Assembly: GCA_030265395.1 (NCBI GenBank)
Contig: JARFYF010000065.1
Coordinates: forward strand, 11,017,692-11,081,691
DNA from: Rhina ancylostomus
Taxonomy: Eukaryota
Reading direction: 5' to 3'
DNA length: 64,000 bases
Shown here: positions 58,481-64,000 of the stretch, in pieces
How the letters are laid out: the number at the start of each line of letters is the position of its first letter
Position numbering within the stretch: the first letter of the stretch is position 1
Made by a program: the position numbers and the translations under genes
Notes under the pieces: generated by a model
What the model saw: the letters and a program-made list of their open reading frames with translations, nothing else
Database searches by the model: none
Told to the model about the DNA's origin: nothing

Positions 58481-61400
58481 CATTTTATTCATACTAGTTG
58501 AATGTGATGTTATGAAATCACAGGGGAATATTTCTTAGAGTAATTAGTCATTGTTTATATTGTTCAACAACAACAACAGCTTTCATTAGAATAGCAGCAA
58601 AATTGTCCCCAGTTTCTTCACAGGAGAATCATCAAACAAAACATTGATGCTGCACCACGTAAGGAGATAATAGGGCAGGTAGGCAGGAGCTTGGTCAAAA
58701 AGGGAGGTTTAAAGACCATCTGAATGAAAGGGGACAGAGGCGGAGAGATTGAGGGAGGGAATTCCAGAGGTCTAAGCTTGGCAGCCACAGGTACAGCCAT
58801 CAACAGTGGAGCAATTACATTTGGGAATGATCTCGGGCGTCCAGCACTGCAGGAACGTAGAGGGTTAGAGTGCTGGAGCAGAACACAGAGACAGGGAGGG
58901 GCGGGGAAGGATGAGGCTGTTGAAACAGTTCAGGCACCAACTGAATTGCTTACTTTTGAGGGTTTGCCAGGGGTTGACAGCTAAGGAACAGTAGAAGTGG
59001 GTGGGCAGCATTCAGTAGTGAGTGGGGAGGGGTATATACNNNNNNNNNNGACCATCCAAGGCAGAGAAGTGTAGGGGGGAGGGTGGGCGATTTCCATGGG
59101 GGGAGGGTACAAGATCAGCCACCACTGCTCATTAACCAATTACTGATTTAAATCATCTCCTTGAGAGGGGCGTCAGACAAAGGATGGGGTAAAAAAATCC
59201 CTCGACGAGTGAGCGGTAGTTCGTAGTGTGAACCCAGGCTGTTCTAATACTCTGCTCTTTAAACCAACAGTTTTCTGAGTCATACATCCTGCCCCATCTC
59301 AATCTATTAGCTAACACACTGTACAAAAGAACTTAATGTGCTATTATAGAAATAAAAGGTGTAGAGGGATCTCCAAACTGATATGAACTCCATGATAATT
59401 ATCCTTGATATTTGTCTGTGTCTAAAACTTGTTGCCTTTCCCTGTGAATAAAGCAAACCAAGGAGAATTTTTTGGGAAGTTCTCCTTCAGTTAGCATGGG
59501 CACAATGGGAGGATGGTCCCCCTTTTGTGAAGTAAATTTCTTTGATCTCCCACAGACAGCAGGGATGAAGGACAAAACTGAGAACAGGGGAGCAACAGGT
59601 GAAGGACAGAGATCAGAAGGACTGAGCAGCAAGAAGCCCCATGGCACTACAGGATGATCGCTGCCATAAATGGAACACCTTTATTTTTGCTAGCCCGGTT
59701 CCATCAAAAGACACTATGCATTAGGTCTAAAGGGCTTCTTCGCTACCAATCCCTGCTGTTCCAAAACTGGGCATGTGTCTTGCCTTAAGGATAAAATAAA
59801 TATTGAACTTTGAGAAGGAAGAAGAAACAGAAAAGAAAGATTATCCATGGGCTGGAAAAGAGAGGGAAATCATGAATAAATGTGCACTTTAAGTGGAGAA
59901 TTCATGCCTTGGTTAGGTGCATTGTTTTGCCAACATTGGAACTTTTAATGATGTATTCTGCTCTCATTTAATTATTGGATAATATAAATTTCAGCATCTC
60001 AGTAAACACTGTTCATAAGGTTTGCAATTGAAATATAAATGAAATTGATTTTAGCATTAAATATGCCACGATACGGACAACTTTACGGCAAGTAAATTGA
60101 CACCATCTACCACGGATAACATTTGGGGTTGCCTCATTGTTTTGCACATGACCTGCCTTTCAATGTTGGCACACCTTTACACCGCAACATGCAGGATGAA
60201 GAGAACGCATTCATGATTAACTAGGTGGGTGGTGTGGAGGGAATAAAAGGGACCAATACAGGTTAGAACTGCATTGACAGAAAGAAAATAGGTAATAGCT
60301 AGAAAAGTTAGTAACAGCTAAACGTTCAGAGGTGAGCTTGAAGAGTACTTGTTGCTCTCCTTCAGCCTAAATACCTGAAGAGAAATTGAACTGCCCTCTC
60401 TGAAACACACAACGAAAGTCATGCAACCCACAGGAAGGGGAGTGTGCTTTTTGTTAAACAACCTTATTTATTCAAATGTAGTTTTTGTTAAATATTGTTG
60501 GATCCATTAAATAAATGGTATTTCCCCTCCTTCCCAATTGAGATTTTGCAAGGCTAAAGTGGACAGGATTTGAACTTTTTTTAAATATTCGGAATGTGAA
60601 TCAAGGTGATGTGGGGACGCTTTATAAACGTAGCTATTTCTGTCTAACGTTCAGATCTCACAGCCTCTCTGGGTCTCTTTAAATCGCCAGGGGATCAACA
60701 ACTGTGTTGAACATGGGAATTCCACATCCAGAGATCTGGAGTGGATCTGCAACACATTCTGAATGAACGTGGCTGCAGAGTAGATTATTCGAAGAGGGTA
60801 ATGTATACCCAAGCAGTTCTGCATCTGTTTGAGCAGGATCTTCACTGGAGGATCACTCTTTGTCAACATTTGATTTAAAGATTGGAATTGGTTTAAGGGA
60901 ACAATGTTAACTCAAGGTCCAGTGAGCAAATGCACAGTCCACCATGATACTGAGGTCAGGGTCTATCCTTGTTATTTGCCGAGCACAGCTGGAATGGGGG
61001 TTAGATCAATGGATAATGGAAAAAGCTGACTTTTGCCTTTGTGACCAATATTAGGCCATGCGTGTTGAATCAAGGCAGGATCCGTGTCAGTTCTGATGAC
61101 CCTCGCCATCCCATCAGCCAAGTAATGTCTAGGCTGATGTCCAATGGCCAGTCAATTGGCATGATTAAGGTTAACAGGTTGATGGGATCACCATGATCTT
61201 CAGGCTTCCCCCGCCCCTACCCCCCCAAGCCATGAACCATCCTAACTCGGGAAGTATATTACTGTTCTTTCATTGCTGCTGGGGCTCCCTTCACGACAGC
61301 ACTGTGGGGGCACCCTCACTACATGGATTGTAGCAGTTCAAGAAGTTGGCCCACTCCCACCTTCTCAAGGGCAATTAGGGATGGGCAATAAATGTTTGCA

Positions 61401-61624
61401 CCACCAGCAATGCCCCAAAACAGAGAATGCACTCTGAAAGTATCTGTGGAAGCTGTAGGAATTAGTGCTTTCAACAGAGACTCGGAATAAAGTGGGCAGA
61501 GGGGATGAAGCACCAACATCCCCTTAATTGTTGCAAAATTTAGGATGCCTTATCCCGAATGAATCCAATCTGAGTAGATTATGAAAAGAGTAGCTCGTGG
61601 GTCCAGGAGTTTAACATGTTCTAA

Positions 61625-61955
61625 GGGTACAGTAGCCCAGTTGTTATGTTACTGGACCTGCAACCAGAATTCTGGACCACTTTGAGTTCGAATCCTGCCA
61701 CAGCAGCTGGGGTATTTAACTTCAAATAATTAAACTGTCTCAGTTGCAGTAAATGTGACACTGCCAGGTTGTCATAATTACCCATCTGGTTCATTAATGT
61801 CCTTGAGAGAAGGAGATTTTCTGTCACTCCCTGGTCTGGCCCATAGGTGACCCCAGCCCCAGCAACATGGTTGATTCTTGATCTCTTCAGTTCAAGGGCA
61901 ATTAGGAGTGAACAATAAATGCTGGCATTGCCAGTGAGATCCACATCCCATGAAT
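61625..61955 (+). mobile_element. tRNA-head SINE with CR1-like tail
   Basis: B-box gagttcgaatcc; body shared with 17705-17990, 41065-41410 and 45080-45365; tail aagggcaattagg...aataaatgctggc. Confidence 0.7.
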
Positions 61956-62615
61956 GAAAAGCCCTCTGTTTAAATCTAGCTCAGTGAGAGCAATAGTGAG
62001 TATAAACTGAGGTCCCAAAATGGATCATCAATTCCCTGAAGGATTTGGCTCCCCTCCACCTTAACTTCTCACAAGGTGATCCAAAAAGACTGACCCTGTC
62101 TCAGCAGATGTTGACAGATTGCTTGTTAGTACTCCTAGCAAGGCCGTGAGCCAACAGAAACTGACTGGAAGGGAGGAAGAAATGGGAAAGTATTAAAGGA
62201 ATGTGGGTCGGGGGAAGAACACAAGACAGTTTGTTTCTGTGAGATACAGTGAGCTCTTACTTCCAGGCTCACTGAGACCTGCATTTATAAATTCTTCATG
62301 GCGAAGGATGGAGTTTAATTAGCTCAATATCACACACCCAAGGTCAAGTTGTTTAATCAGTGAATCAATTGTTGAGTCAAAATACTATATGGGTGTGGAC
62401 AGGGGTTTCACTTGACTGTGCTGATGAAATAAATTAGCTGAATGAAACTGGGTTAATTTTAAGTAATGGTTCCATCAACTTTATAGGTAGATTATGTTTA
62501 TTAGTAACCCCCTCTGACTCCTCCCACTTCATTTGGACTGCACGAACCCTGACCCTAACAGTTCAAAGGTCACAGAGCTTCTCCGACACACTGAACACTA
62601 AGGACACATTTCTAC

Positions 62616-62712
62616 CTTATAAGCAACTTGCGTTGGGCATTTCTTCCCCAGGCCTAAAGGCGGAGACATGTGCCTCAACATCTCATACATATCAGTGTAA
62701 CTGATGCGGCCA
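62616..62712 (-). CDS. CACNA1A: CACNA1A exon 37b (EF-hand, EFb variant)
   Basis: cacag|T GGC CGC ATC...TAT AAG|gtagaa; 97 nt; [32 protein letters not shown]. Confidence 0.95.
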
Positions 62713-63176
62713 CTGTGCAGCAGAAATGAGGAAATAAAGAAGATGCATCCGTGACGAACGTAAAGGATAAAAAAACGGAAGGAAACAAACAAAAAAAAAA
62801 CAAAAAAAAATTACAAGGTTATTCTTTACGGGTCTGTCAATCACAGAAATTCACCCACTTCCTATGCAATGTCTAACTATTGCATAGACGCACAGAAAGA
62901 TAAATCTTTGATGAGAAGCCTGTTGTGAGGAGATGCAGTCTTTGTCAATGCAGTTTCTGTCCCCACAGCACTAATGAACACTACTAAACCCAAGATGCCA
63001 AGTGGTTTTGGTTCAAACAAGCAGCAATGGCTGAGGCTGAGGTAAGTATGTGCATTTTCCATGCTGGATTTGTCTAGCTGACTGCATTTTCCTGTACATT
63101 CTACTCCGAGAAATGCAAAACAAGAAGGAAGCACACTCATTCATTGATGCCGAGGTTGGTAGCTTAGTGGAAATCA

Positions 63177-63293
<117 letters not shown>

Positions 63294-63296
63294 TCA

Positions 63297-63303
63297 GTTA
63301 GTG
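63297..63303 (-). promoter_or_regulatory. Consensus branch point CACTAAC of exon 37a
   Basis: Plus strand gttagtg; the branch A is about 21 nt upstream of the 37a acceptor. Confidence 0.7.
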
Positions 63304-64000
63304 AAAACAAGGTTGTGAGGTTAAAACAGAGCAGAACTTTCACAAATTAACATACAGCAGCTTAAGGTAAAAACATCATCATAAAGCACAGCATGTCAGA
63401 GAATCCGATTGGCTGGTTTGTAGCTGTTCCGCAGTCACAGCAACCAGTACCTCAAGTCCACCTTACAAAGGTGCCGGACTCTGTCAATGGCAAGAGCCAT
63501 TAATCCAAACTCTTCATCAGCTCAGTTTTCCTCTGATCTGGAGGAGTTAGATTTTGGAGGTTCTCATTAGCAGCAAAAGCTACCACCAGAATTAAACCCA
63601 TCCCTGATTCCTGGGGACGGGATAAGGAACCTCTGCACAGAGGTAGAATTGAACCTGATTGTAATGTGACTTGCAATTAATCTATAACAAGGCAAGGTTT
63701 ATTTAACATTACCTACAAACTCATGATTTCAACAGTCAATGGCAACAGGTACCCAGGAACACCACCACCTGCAGCTTCCCCTCACCAATCTTCCCAACTT
63801 GGAAATTCATTGTTGGTTTCCTTTGTCAATGGGTATAGATCCTGGAACCTCTGTCCCTTACTGCACTCTGGGAGCACCTTCACCACATAGTGATTCAAGA
63901 CACTGTACTACCACCTTCTCATGGGTATCAAATGCTGGCTTTACCAGCAATGCCTACCCCCGAGAATGAATTAATAAAAACCTGATTTAAGGGCCTTTCA

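Noticed and set aside
59880-60330. Unique, non-repeat stretch in intron 37b-38 that might be a conserved element
   Set aside because: No motif or structure I can support without a cross-species alignment.

Overview
Vertebrate genomic DNA with several N gaps. The repeat complement (CR1 LINEs, Deu-/V-SINEs, Penelope-like elements) points to a cartilaginous fish; this is inferred and the species cannot be determined. The window holds the 3' end of CACNA1A (Cav2.1, P/Q-type calcium channel alpha-1A) on the minus strand. I traced 12 exons by hand (37a, 37b, 38-47 in human numbering), all with GT/AG boundaries and consistent phases, ending [11 protein letters not shown] at 1949. Mammalian splicing features are present: mutually exclusive EF-hand exons 37a/37b, the 36-nt exon 44, and the TAG|GGCAG|TAG tandem acceptor of exon 47. 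An N gap falls exactly where human has the SCA6 polyQ tract. Three observations stand out. (1) A GC-rich ~2 kb block of three intact, in-frame axonemal dynein heavy chain exons sits inside CACNA1A intron 39; it is either a real insertion or a misassembly. (2) Very long AG-exclusion zones precede regulated exons (336 nt at exon 44, 200 nt at exon 47, ~109 nt at exon 37b), and intron 44 carries a UGCAUG cluster. (3) There are Penelope-derived hammerhead-ribozyme remnants and hairpins, plus a perfect 24-bp inverted repeat next to a Gypsy LTR. Comparisons with human proteins are from memory, not from a database search. Repeat boundaries are approximate.
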